Source: Vermamoeba vermiformis (Eukaryota). Taken from it: 64,000 bases of DNA. The position numbers and the translations under genes were made by a program. The stretch is taken from NCBI GenBank assembly GCA_045837725.1, contig JBEWZL010000077.1, forward strand, positions 434,001 to 498,000, written 5' to 3'. A model generated the notes under the pieces. It searched no databases. It saw only the letters and a program-made list of their open reading frames with translations, and had not been told where the DNA came from. Every line of letters starts with the position of its first letter. Positions within the stretch are counted from its first letter, which is position 1. This document shows positions 1-12,358 of the stretch, one piece after another.

Positions 1-2200
1 TTGTTGAGGGTTGTTTTGTCCTAATAACGGTGTTTTTTCTTCTTGTCTAGGAGTTGAAACTGCTGGCGAACCGGATGCCGATCCGCTGCTGTTTTTTCGT
101 TCAGGAATGTTGAAATGCTTCGGCGAATTATTGCCAAGCCCGGGGCTGTTACTCTTTGCCGTTTTTACATCATATTCTTCGTCTATCAATAATTTCTCTT
201 TTTTGTTTCTGACTTTAATGTTCGCTGATTTAGCGGTGGATGTGACCACTACTTGTCGCTTGCCGGCATCCAATCCCGTCAACTCCCTAATATATAATCA
301 TTATACATCATACATTATAAAAATAGAGATCCGTACACTTGTCGATGGTCATGAACGACTACTGTTTGAAAAGCAGGTAGATCCAACTGTCCTTTGACTT
401 CAGCAACGCTATCGAACTAATAGTGGTAATATTAATATAGTTGTCTGTCTATACGAATATTAATCATTACGTACCGAAGAGTTGACACCGATTAAAATAC
501 AATTAATAATGTTGGTGCGCATCCAGGTATCAATTCTGTTAATGTCGACTGAATCATCTTGCAATGTGTCTTCCAAGAACTTTGGCATGAGAGGAATGCG
601 CTTGTCTTTAGTCAAGAAGCAGCTGAAGTATCGTTCGAGGATCTCCTCGCGGAACGGTACGAAGAAAGTAGGACTCGTTAACCAAACTAACGCATTAAGA
701 GCACCCTAATAATATTATTAATATACTATACTACTACTAATAATATTTTAGTACGTACTTGCGATGTAATTGAAACTACGTCAATGTAAACTAAAATTCC
801 GTTATCATCGTTCAACATATCATCAGGACTAAAAATAAAATAGTATTAATATACTATAGGCACTATAGTATTAATATACGCAATATTGCTTACGAAAAGA
901 TTTGAATGAATCGATGTACCAAAGGGCCAGTCCAAAACATAATGAAAATAAATACGTAGAGCGTCATTCTAAATGCTACGCGACGATCATTTCCAAGTGT
1001 TTTAAGTCTTTGCAAGTATACTACGAGCGATGCGAATGAGACGCCAAAGTAAGCTAATAACGGCGCAAAAAATAGCAGCTTGTAGTACGGATCTGTATAC
1101 TCGGGAAACCAGCATCTAAATCAAACAATAATATTATTATACATGATATTGGATCGAATAGATATATCTAATTAAATAAACTGGTTTTTATAAAAGGAAA
1201 AAATATTCGAATTTTCTTTCAGAATCTTTAAGGCGGATCAGAACTAGAGAAAAGTATAGAAATCGATTAAAATATGCTACTTACGTTCCGTCGCCAGATT
1301 TACCAAAGCTTTGAGTCATGACCAACGCAGCAGTAGTTAAGGACGAAAGGCCCCATACCCAAACATGATAGAACTTTTCGTAACCGGCTGAATTGGTGAA
1401 CGGTGACTTCAATTTGATGATCAAGTTGAGCGATATTATAGCGTTCCATGAGACCGATGCTAAGGCCCAGAATTGCGCCCATCCGGCTAAATTCAGAAAA
1501 ATTAATAAAAACGAAAAAAGTTAGGTTGGAGATCGAAAGAGGATCTAACGAATATACGCATAATAGTACAATATTAATATTTTCGCATTTTAGTGATTAG
1601 AAATTACCTTGAAGAATGCAGAATTCATAAATATTCTGAAGCGAGGCAGATCCAGGGTATAAAGCGGTGGCAATAAACTTCAATGATAGCATAAAGTCTG
1701 ATAATGCTAAAAATACAACGAGAGTATGCGGATTCTCTCGTAGCTTTGATATTAATAGGGCAGATAAGATTATGCCAAAAGATCCAAAAGCTGACACCGT
1801 CGCTAGAGATCCGGCAATGCGATATAAGATCTAAATATAAGAATACTATATTAGTAATTATTATTTTATTAAAACAATGATTTGTGACACGAAATATTGA
1901 AAATAGAATCAAAAGATTGGATTCACAAAAAAAAAATATAACATTAAGCAGCGTTGATGGAACAGTAGATTTGTTTGATTGGAATTTAAGCTTATTTAAT
2001 TAATTAATGGATTAAATTAGGAATTTATTTTATTGCCGCAAAAGCAAAAGTAGGTGGATTGGGAGTTGATACTTTTACTAAACAAATAAATCGAAATAGC
2101 AATATATTACAAGCAATATAAATATTTTTAGTATGCAGCAAAATAAATATTAGATTTGTTTCAATTATAATTCGATATTTTAAAATCTGCTTACCGCCAT
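1..2200 (-). CDS. cAMP-receptor-family 7TM GPCR, probably a GPCR-PIP5K fusion (RpkA-like); 3' end runs off the window, 5' start uncertain
   Basis: Spliced exons (~1830-1607, 1487-1284, 1115-894, 829-759, 706-474, 416-337, 286-1) give seven hydrophobic segments with cAR-type motifs (LVVFLALSDF, CILQAGWAQFW, GDGTCW, SQGALNALVW). These are followed by MRTNIINCILIGV and a long cytoplasmic tail. Confidence 0.75.
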
Positions 2201-2405
2201 CGCTTTTCAATCAATATCAAAGAACAGAATGTTGTAAAGCCCTTAAAAATATCAAATATACAACGTGCTCCTACAAAGCATTCCTAATAGCTGACTAACG
2301 TCAACTTACCACGCAAATCTTTACGAATACGGGTGCCCGGAATTTATTCGGGAAAACCCGAACCCGAAGTACAGTTGCAACAACGATGTACGAATTATTT
2401 ATATT

Positions 2406-2800
2406 TTACCACCCCATTTGAGATTTAATAGCGGCTGATAACTATCAGGGAATGTTAGTTTGAATTTAAGGATTCTAAGAGCGTGAACTGGCTTACCTTA
2501 GCGGCAATCTTTTGGTCTCCGATAGTACTGGCATGACCTTCGCATCCAAAATCAGTTTTAGGATCGGTCAAAGTATTAGACAAATCCACGAAGTAGACTC
2601 GTTCATTTCCTTGCGCATTCATGTCTGGTACAATTCTTCCGAGAAATTCAACTGGATCACCCGGTAAGGCTCCGATGGCACAAAATACTGCTGGTGGTGT
2701 ACTATTGTATAAAGTCAGTTAGTTTCTAACGTTTCTGAAACGTTCGTAGCTCTGACGAAAAATTTAACGTACGTTGATCGGGATTTCGGCAAGTAAGTTC
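2406..2800 (-). pseudogene. C-terminal fragment of an SGNH/GDSL-type esterase
   Basis: Exons ~2701-2497 and ~2441-2406 translate to TPPAVFCAIG...VYFVDLSNTL...DFGCEGHASTIGDQKIAAKLSAAIKSQMGW*. This resembles SGNH block V. There is no room for the N-terminal part before the gene at 3101. Confidence 0.5.
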
Positions 2801-3100
2801 GCTGGAAATCTATTATTGCGGATGTGGATAGAATTAATTTAACATTAATATTAATAATTCAATAATTGTACAAGGCTTAACTTTAATTCTCACCCAAACG
2901 TAAAATAATTAAATTTGCGCCTTAGTAGGATATTTACCGTTCTGTTATCATCCTCGTACGTCGCGTGCCAGAGTACGCAGGCGGTATGAAAAAGGAAAAA
3001 AAGTTTTTTTTTCGAAATTTCAGCACGGCAAAATCACAAGGGGTTCCGCCGTACAAATATTCGCGCTTTTTATTCATATTTTATTACACGTTAGAGCAAA

Positions 3101-5086
3101 ATGAACGCAATATTAGATTATGATATCGCTTCCGCGTTAAATCAAAGCGGCGCATGCGATTATTGTCACAAAAGGAAGATGCGCTGCGATAAGCTAAAGC
3201 CTCAATGTTTAGAGTGCTTAAAGCGAAGTATTCCTTGCAATTATGGAGTACGTCGAAAACGAGGACCTAAAGCAAAGAAACAAAAAGAGACTACAAAGCC
3301 AGCGACTCGGATTCAAAAAGCAGCTAAATCCAATTCTCAAGTTCAAGCGCTTCTATTCGAGTTAGAATTCAATAAGAAAATGGTAGAAATATGGAAGAGT
3401 ATTTCTTTGAATGAAAATGGCAATTTCAGCAATGCTAAACGATGTCGGCCAAAGTTCGATCCCGCCACTGAAGAGTTTATCAGATCACCCAATGCAGTGC
3501 AGACAATAATGGCAGAATTTGATGGAACATTCAGATTAGTATTTTATATGCCTAATTATGCAGCAAACATGGATTTTGCAACGAAGATCTGGCAAGCGTT
3601 GATTGACATTTCCGCAGGAGATTTACTTACAATGCTAAATACATTCGAATCGACACTACTAGCGTCCATATTAGAATATTACGTAGTTTTCATGCTTAGT
3701 AAGTTTTTTTGAAAGATTTTAATTTTGGATCTTTATTTGATCTGACAACAATTTAATTTCTTATAGGTCTGAAACTATCTAAATACAACGATATCGCCGA
3801 ATACGTATCAAGAATTGCCAATTATGTATTTGATTTGTTAATTTACGCCAGAGAAGATTACCTCACTTCGTACGAACAAACAGAGAAATTGCTCGCTGAT
3901 TTAGCCTTTGCTGCGCATTATTATAAGCTAACAAAAAATCACCACGCATTAACAGTCAATTCGTTCATATCGTGCGAGCTGTATAAAGATGCCAAGAAAA
4001 AATGGAAAATGCATAAAGATCTGGAAGCCAAGTAAGTCGCCCTAGTTTATAAATTAGTATAATATAACCACAATTATTGATCTATGATAATCAGTACTTT
4101 TTGCAATATCTAGCAATTATTTAAGAAATAAAATAAAAGAACTAATTGTATTATTCTTCAGGATGATCTGCCGAATGATTATGGCTGCTAAGAATGAAGA
4201 AGATCGAAAAGCATATGTTGATGCTATTAATGAATTTGATCCCGCCGAGGTCAGTCAAATTTTGATTTAATTTGTCGGATCCAGATCACTTACGCGCACG
4301 TTCTAGTTGCCAGCGCATGTACTTTTTATGGCTAATATATCCGTAACTATCGAGTCACTGCATAGCCAACAAAAGAATCTGGGGTAAGTCGCTGGATCCA
4401 GAACTTAAGTTCAATGCTAATGCGGATCTAACACGTTCTTTAGTGATGCAAATGTGGCTATTCAAAAAGCCAGTTATTTTGCCAAAGCGTTCATATTGCA
4501 AAGCAATGTCAGCGACCAAGGTCCAGTGGAACGCTATTATGATTCGTGGACTGGTGTCGTTCATTCTGAAGTTGCGATCCGGTCAGGTGACATTGAACTT
4601 TCACGAATCAAAATTGGACGACTATTAGAGTCATATTCAGTGATGCCAGCTCCTTTGCAACGATTACTCGTATCTAACATTGAAGTAAGTGTCACTTTTT
4701 GACACGTGTCAGGTGTCATCTTTTGGACTCGGATCCTGCGAACACGTTTAGCTAACGGTTGTTTCTTTTAGTTCTTCGAACACTCAATGAACGACCATAC
4801 CTTGCTAATTAAAGATTTCTTGCCGATGTTAAAAAACCAAGGCGTCTCAATGACACGAACATTGCCGTACGCGATGCTTTTGTCGACGACTTACCAACGA
4901 AAGAGCGATAGTGAAGAGGTCAGCGATAGTAGCAATGAGATCACCTCACCGTCTAATATTGAGCCACAAATGGGCAGTTCAAGCGAAGAAATTGCTGCAG
5001 TGTCAGAGTTCTATGATGTTAATGCAGATCCGTTTTTCGAATTTACTGACTTTGACAATAATATCATATTTAATACTAATTTGTAA
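3101..5086 (+). CDS. Zn(II)2Cys6 binuclear-cluster transcription factor, 5 exons
   Basis: ACDYCHKRKMRCDKLKPQCLECLKRSIPCNY matches the GAL4-type spacing. It is followed by a basic RRKRGPK segment and an acidic C-terminus; GT-AG introns link the ORFs. Confidence 0.9.
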
Positions 5087-5256
5087 ATAACTAAATAGTG
5101 TAATACTAAATTTCCAATATTTAATGTAAATAAGTCATCTACAAGAAGGTACAACTTACATTTGCAGTTCGATCTGCATCCGTAGATTAAATTTTCAGTC
5201 TTGTTGTCATTTCGATTTTTATTTACATTTAATTGAATCGTCATTAACGCGCATTG

Positions 5257-7185
5257 TTACTTGTCTTGGGATGCTTTGACCTCTTCAGACGCAGCTTTGA
5301 GCTCAGTTGAATGTTTTGGAGTTTTGGGCTTTCTGAACAGCGCTGCCAAAGCTGCAACCGAACATGCGCTGAACAAACTCAATATGGACCTTGTTGAATA
5401 GAACGTTTTTTCCGATAGAAAGCCTCTCGTCAACAGAATATCTGACGTTGATTTTGAGAGACTGTTCGAGCTGATGACTAACGCCACAATGACCACGCCG
5501 TACATGCTGACACCAGCCAATATGAGTATGTACGTCAACTACAATAAATAACGATTAGTTAATGGCGTTCATGAATCAGATTCACTGAACGGGTCACTTA
5601 CTCGCTTGGTAATCTTTCGTTTGGTTGCAACGATCTTGTTGGCTTTGTTGAGTGTTCTAATAAGAATGGCACCAATCACGATAAAGTACGTGGCAACGAT
5701 CTATAATTAGCCAAAAAACGGTTAAATCATATTTTTCCGGTTGTGATATCGTTCAATTGTAACGTACGAAAATGATGACAATGAAAACAAGTTGAAGAGC
5801 GAATGCCAAAGGCTTGAGAACCGTAATTCCCAAACTTATAGTGAACAAGATAAGCGCTGCCTGCAGGCACCAACGATAAGTCAAATCGAAGTCGAGCATA
5901 AAAACGTACAACGAAGAATGCTAGAACTGGCAAGAATACTTGTTTTCTTTTCGCTTTTTCCATTTTAGGAAATGTCAGCGCTGTCCAGTAGAGACTGATG
6001 AACACTGCTGAAAATGTAATGAAAGTCGGACCGATGAGCGCGAGAGGAGGTGGTATAGTTGATGGAACGAAGGTCGTGTAGATCATTAGAAAGACGTTGA
6101 TTCGCTCAGCGATCAAACCTGCAATATTATATTTAGAATAACCGTTAATCAATGACACGTGTCAAACGCTCTGCAGCAACTATTATCCTTATGTCGATGA
6201 CGCCTATTCGGCAAACATCACATTTAAGGCCACAGTAGGGGCTACGTGCCCCTTAGTTACATAGTGTTTGACACGTGTCAAAAGAACAGCGTAGCGGATC
6301 TACTGCAGTGACATTTCAGCACCCGGACGGGATGTTAATTCATACCTAAGTTTGCTATTAAAAGAGTGACAAGTGCTATTTTGGTGACAGTAGTGCCGTC
6401 TTTGAAGGAGTGAAGTTGATAGCCTAAATAGGAAAGTGTGACCAGCAGTATTGCCAAATTGGCGACCAGCAAGAACGTCACGCCACCTCCTCTTCCAAGA
6501 GCAATTTGACTGTTGTCATCTATTCATAGAAACATTAGAAATGAAGATGAAACACAGCTATCAACCTGAAATGATGGTAACGGTCAACGTTCGGTTTGAT
6601 TTTTCCCAAAGATCTGCAATAATAGCGGCCGCTGCGTCCTAAAAATAGAACGAATCTTGTAAGGTTCCTAATCTATTAAATAACATCATACCTTGTATGT
6701 GATGCATACAAACGGAATCGGATATATATTCCGGTAAAACATCGAACATTCTTGATAGAATCCGGCAATATAACCCTAAATTAATTAATTTAATACAATA
6801 AGGAGCAAAAATTCTTACTATGCCTCCTTGATCGTGAATATATTGGACAAATTGCAATTCGTCGTCCGTTGAGTTTGTGTAACCAAGAACAATTGCTCCA
6901 TCTAGATCTGTCACTTTCAATTCATCGATTTCGACGGTTTTCATGATATATAGTTGTCCAGTAACTTGGAAGGGATAAGGTGATGTCGGAGCAAACGAAG
7001 CCTGGAATAATAAATCGGTTTGCGAAGCGTTATTTTTTAGATGCACCACCAAAGAGGCTTTCGTCCCATATACAAAACAAACAAATATTATCCTCCATAA
7101 TAGAATTTCTGCAAAAAAATGACGTTAGGTTGTTGCATTATTGTAATTACAAAGGAATTTGTTCTTTTGTTGGTTTACCTTTCAT
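5257..7185 (-). CDS. Multi-pass (~7 TM) membrane protein with an extracellular PA-like domain
   Basis: N-terminal hydrophobic leader, a PA-like segment (ASFAP...VTGQL...LDGAIVL...HDQGG), then about seven hydrophobic helices across spliced exons. Confidence 0.6.
6153..6280. mobile_element. MITE-like 128-bp intronic element with 18-bp terminal inverted repeats
   Basis: Left end TGACACGTGTCAAACGCT versus reverse complement of the right end TGACACGTGTCAAACACT (17/18 identical). It lies in an unusually long (~226 nt) intron and is flanked by AA on both sides. Confidence 0.5.
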
Positions 7186-7304
7186 ATCTCCTTTGTACGA
7201 AGTAGTGCTCGTTCTGAGTTAAATGCGTAGAAAAATAAATCGAAAAATTAGAGGGATATTTGGGTTCCCGAATTCAAAAAAACTGACGCCACAATTTTGT
7301 TTAT

Positions 7305-7401
7305 ACTTTTTAAGGCTAATATATTATAACCATGTAGTCCGAGTCACTTCATAGCCAGAAAAAAGAATCTCGGGTAAGTCGCTGGATCCAGAACTTAAGT
7401 T
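7305..7401 (+). repeat. Intergenic partial copy of an exon of the Zn2Cys6 gene (4321-4411)
   Basis: AAAAGAATCT(c/g)GGGTAAGTCGCTGGATCCAGAACTTAAGTT is shared between 4371-4411 and 7361-7401 (40/41), with weaker similarity upstream. Confidence 0.85.
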
Positions 7402-7473
7402 AAGGAGATCATCGGATAAATCGGCAATTTAAGTTTTTTGGATTCAAATTTCATCGTTGAAGTAAAAACCGCA

Positions 7474-9518
7474 ATGGAAGACTATCCAGAGCTAAAAATC
7501 AGATATCAAGTAGCTTATGCGACAAAATCAGGAGCGAAATGTAAAACAGCTCATTGTGAGCTGCCTCCCATGCAAAAGGGCGAGTTCAGGATCGGAACGG
7601 TAAGTCTTGAAAAAGTTACATTATTTTATTGTTGGATGTTCGTCCCAATACCATCAATTATCGCTTTTTTCCTGCACAATCCTAGTGTAAATAATTTTAA
7701 ATACTTAATTTAATTTTTTAACGGCTCTTAGACTGGATCTGTTCGAAGCTGGTTTCATATAGACTGTAAGTATTATTAAAAATATTTATAATAAAATACT
7801 TACTTAATTCCGTATTATTTGAGACTGTTTTCATTTCTAGATCTAATCTGTAATGACGTTGTAGGTTTCTTCAAGCGCGTGACTGCAGATAGAATTGCAG
7901 CAATTAAAGGTGGATTTATAGGCCGTGAAAATATTAAGCCAGAGGATTTGGCAAGATTAGACGAGTTATCAAAAAAGACTTTAGATGAGTTTAGCAAAAA
8001 ACGGAAAGCAGAAAATATTGAAGAAAAAGATGACGGACGATGGCCTAAAAAACCAAAATATGATTATTTGAGTAATATAGAGCCACCGAAGTTATTAAAC
8101 GATAATTTAGTGGAGATTTTAAGTTACTTCAAATCCCACATCCACATTTTACGAGCACTGGCATTGGTCAACAAACAATTTTATCAAGTAGTGAGATCGA
8201 TCATGTATAAAGATGGAGCTGGTGTGGCTAAGCGCGTATTATGGAATATGGACGATAAATGGATGGATTTTATTCAAAATTTTCAAAAATTATCGATTCA
8301 AGAATCATCGCATATGAAACATCATTGTGACGTAGAGGAAGATGATGATTATAATCGCTATTTAAAAGTGCTAACAAAATTATCAAATTTATCGTCGTTG
8401 ACTTGGCGCGCTAGCGAATCATACAAGGTCCAAATAACAGTATCAACCCGATTAACGCAATTATCGGAGCTTATATTTGATTATTTGGATGTATCCGAAG
8501 AAGAATTGCTGCGCTTTACGACATTAACGTCATTAAAAAGTTTAAAGATTGATGGATCTGGCAATTTTCAACAAATGGACCAACTTGCGTCATTCGCGAC
8601 ACAATTGAAGGATCTAAAGATAGGTCGAGATTCTTTTAATCTGCGTAAGTAGCCTATTTTATTTAGAAACAAAAGGCTTGTTATTTATTTGTACCGGTCG
8701 TTACAAAAAATTTCCTAATTTGGAAAGTTCTTAATTTTTTGTTTCTATAGGTCTCTTTACTAATCTCGAAAGTTTGGACATATCTGGATGCAAAAGCCGG
8801 GTTGATTTCAAAGAGATGATTGAAAGCTTGCCTAAATTGGTATCGCTCGTGGCCTATAACTTCGCTAGCGATATGTCTAAATTGACTTCGGTGAGGCATT
8901 TGACTTTATTGAAGAAAACCAACACTGCGGACAAAAATCACGATATTACGGCCTTTCCACCGAACTTAGAATATTTTAAGTGCTTGTACGAGAATATTAA
9001 GTGCGAATTTCCGCCGTCAATTCAATCAGTTTATATTGGTAGAATAGAGAACGAATTATTTTGGAACGATATCGCTCCTAACGAGGCTATGTTCGAATCA
9101 GTAATGGCAGCTGTTTCAAAATTACGTAAGTACAAAAAATTACTTCCTAATTTACAAGAAATAAATTCTAATCATCGCGGTTTTTATGCTAGGCTGTCCC
9201 GTAACGCTTCAATATATGAACATTGACATATTCGACGAGAAACCGTTCGCTGTCGCAGCTACTAATCCTAATTTAATCATTATTATGGAAGAAGATCGGT
9301 ATTCCGAGAAGGTCCTTGAAAGATTTACCAAATTTGCTGCCGAAGGGCCGCTGCCAAGCAGATTAGAGATAAAATTCTACGGCTGGAAAAAAGCGGCGAG
9401 AAAGAAGAAATTTGGTAAAGTTTTGGAAGAATTAAGCCAGAAAATAACATTACGTGTCGAATATGAAGATCGTGGGCAAGTATGGCGACCGTATGTTTAC
9501 GACCCCTTTGCCTATTGA
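7474..9518 (+). CDS. PARP-type zinc finger + F-box-like + leucine-rich-repeat protein
   Basis: YQVAYATKSGAKCKTAHC...GEFRIGT...WFHIDCFF (zf-PARP); LLNDNLVEILSYF...LALVNKQFYQVV (F-box-like); then LxxLxxL repeats. An intron at ~9128-9192 joins the last two ORFs. Confidence 0.8.
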
Positions 9519-9617
9519 AAAATAAATCGACCAGATCCGGATTTGGTTTCGCAGCCGATTTTTTGAATTGAGCATTGTATTATTTACATATGTTAAGCTA
9601 CATGGGGTAGTATTATA

Positions 9618-11404
9618 TTAAAGCTTGCCAAAAACGTTCTCTTCGTCGGACAAGTCGTCTTCTTGATCCGAATCCACCATTGGCTGCGACTCAAATTGGC
9701 TTACTAATCCATATTCATTCTTCTTTTTCAATTGCGATACTCCAGCCGCGCAGAGCGTGCAAGCAAGGAATACAAAAAGTGTCAATATGACACCTAAATT
9801 GACCGCGCCTCGGATGGAGTGAGCAGGGGTGTCAAAAAACCATCCGCCGCATTGATAAATCTTATCGTCCCAACCATCAGTCGGGAACAACACTTGTGAT
9901 CTGCATCGATAGAATTGACTCAGTTGTGTTCTGCAGTGTTGATTCACGCAGCTATTTGGCGGTGCTTCGATGAAATGATCGTACTCGAATTCAATCGTGC
10001 ATTGATTCTTGGTCATACATTCTTTTAATCTCTGCAATATATAAACATTTAGTATACTTCCACAGAAAATAACAGAAGATAAGAAAAAAAATTTCGGGTC
10101 GGATGCAGATCCGGATTTAATTTGAGCTCAAACGTGATGATATTCTTATAAGAGTCATAAATTTGATTATACGATAAAGATTGTTTAGGACGTACCTTCA
10201 TATGTCCAGTGCAATAAGGACCAGCAGACGGATTGACCTCGCATTGCAGACTCTGCGTCAAAGCGTTGCACTGACAGGCAGACAGACCAAAATCACACGC
10301 AGCGTCTTTGTGTCTGGTCGTGTTGCACGTCAGACCTTGTGACTCGTAACTGCGACACACGCCTTGCACGCAGAACAATTCTGATTTGCACGTGCGAAGT
10401 GCGTGACTGCATGGCTCGCCTTGACTCAGCACTACAATAATTAAGTTAATTTTGCGCAATTTCCTAATAAGGAAATGTAGATAAGATCAAGATCAAATTT
10501 CGAGATTAAATTTGTTTTCGTGGTTTACCTTTGAGTTGTGCCTGGCATTGTGGTGCTCGTCCATAATCTCCGAAACAAATTAAATTCTCCGCGCATTGAT
10601 TCTCAGACTCGCAATTAGTGCCCTAATAAAAAAAAAGTAAGATTTTTAGGATCCAATTTTTGTAACGGATCTGGGTTGATTTGAGTTACCTCTGATAGTC
10701 TTTCTTTACATAATGCTGCCTTAGTATCGCAATATAGACCAGGTAAGCAGCTTCTTTCGTCGCCGACAAAACACGGATCGCTCAGTTTTCCGCTCTGACA
10801 TTTACCATCATTACATTTAACGTTTGACCTCGATCCTATTGGAATGTAGCATTCAGTATCATCAGAGCATGATTCACCAGGTCTATAAATAGTTTAGTTA
10901 GCCGATCAGGTTCGATTTTGAAATGTTTTTTTGTGCGTACCCAACGAATCCGAAAAATTTGCAAGTGTTTGACAGACACCGCAATGAGAATATGTTTGAT
11001 AAGCAATCGATGTCTTTAGAACATGATTGGCCAACTAGATCTTCAGCATTGATGCATTGGCCCTGATGACAAGCAAGGCCAAGTTTACATCCGGTCCTGA
11101 AAAGAAGTAGTATTTAGTAAAATCGTAAAAAAATTATGATTATAATAGAAAGTTACTTAAACAAGGATTAAACGCGAATAGAACCTTTAAAATTAATTTT
11201 AATAATTTATTTTCAAATTTTCGGAATAATCAAATGACATAAGAATGAATCTACGCACCTTAAAGGAGAAATCAAAGCTCCTGAACAATTGCTATGCCTA
11301 TCTCCACAACTAATATCACCAGAGCAAACTTCTGCCGCCCTGATGGGCTGACAAAGTATAGCGCAAATGCTCCAAAGAGCAATCAAATAAGTATATAGCC
11401 GCAT
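9618..11404 (-). CDS. Cysteine-rich type I membrane (surface) protein
   Basis: Signal peptide MRLYTYLIALWSICAILCQP; repeated GExC...C...C...C modules; TM LGVILTLFVFLACTLCAAGV; acidic tail. Confidence 0.75.
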
Positions 11405-11687
11405 TATTCCCGCATACGAAGTATCGAGGTAGATATTACTGTTGTTGTTAATATCTCGCTCTTAAAAATCAAACAACCGAGTTTTCCATCTTTTTCTTTG
11501 CCTTAAAAATACGCACCTCCAGATTCTTAGCCTTGTAATGTTTAGGGAATGCGTAGCAATAGGGGTCTTAGATAGAATCGAACTGCAATTCAGGCTCATG
11601 ACGCCTTCTGAATTTTCGTTCAGTGCGCATTAAAATCGGTTGGCTTGTTCCTGAACAATTAATTTAACATACAAAACCATAGACAAC

Positions 11688-12225
11688 ATGTCAAGTGATC
11701 CAGAATTAGTATTTAAGTTGACTTACAGGTACGTCTATTGACGCATCTTCATTGGCTTGGGCTGTATCTAATTTTCAATTTGCTCAGCCCTTCCTGAGGC
11801 GGGATCCAAGAGTACTGCGCAGCTAAAGAAGCTATTCGCAGAACATATAAGACTGCAGAAACCGAGCACGATGAGACTGGGTAAGAAAAATAGAGATGAA
11901 AAGTACATCTGCTTTACGCCGTCTCCAATAATTATGATAAGGTTACTAATATTTCTCATAGTTATGGTACATTCATAATCAGAGCTATCAAGATTAACGG
12001 TCAGGACGTAGACTTGGAAATAATTTCGCTCGATCAAAGAAGGCTTTATCGGTATGTCATAAATTGCAGCTTTAAAAATTTCATTACATGATCTAAAATA
12101 TTTCATATATTAATTATTTTTCAATTTACAGCAAGTACCCTCATTGGCGTAGCGAATCTCAAGACAAGATCGCTCAAGTAGTCAAAGAAAAGATCGAGGA
12201 GTACTTGAAAACCCATCAAAGCTAA
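11688..12225 (+). CDS. Selenoprotein, Rdx/SelW-like thioredoxin fold, 105 aa, Sec17 (not in the ORF track)
   Basis: Exons 11688-11728, 11788-11880, 11962-12051 and 12132-12225 are all GT-AG with consistent phases. They translate to MSSDPELVFKLTYSPSUGGIQEYCAAKEAIRRTYKTAETEHDETGYGTFIIRAIKINGQDVDLEIISLDQRRLYRKYPHWRSESQDKIAQVVKEKIEEYLKTHQS*. The TGA is at 11795-11797 and a SECIS lies downstream. Confidence 0.85.
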
Positions 12226-12275
12226 TGTAGATATTATATTTGTACATATTGAAGCTGTCTGCTCGTGCAGTTGAA

Positions 12276-12358
12276 GCGCATTCATAGTGGCGAATGAAAT
12301 CCGACACAAAAAGCATTATAAATGTCTGTTTCGGCATTGACAGTCCTCTATGATGCGT
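12276..12358 (+). promoter_or_regulatory. Eukaryotic type II SECIS element
   Basis: Helix I 12276-12290 / 12345-12358; ATGA core 12294-12297 opposite TGAC 12338-12341; helix II of ~10 bp; unpaired AAAA at 12309-12312; apical mini-helix GCATT/AATGT. Confidence 0.85.

Noticed and set aside
2347-2362. TTCGGG-AAAA-CCCGAA hairpin
   Set aside because: A single 6-bp stem with no further support.
9120-9230. Apparent frameshift between ORFs 8774-9226 and 9186-9518
   Set aside because: A GTAAGT...TGCTAG intron (~9128-9192) joins them in frame.
11983-12051. KINGQDVDLEI resembling a small-GTPase strand
   Set aside because: No P-loop or DxxG; the segment is explained as exon 3 of the selenoprotein.
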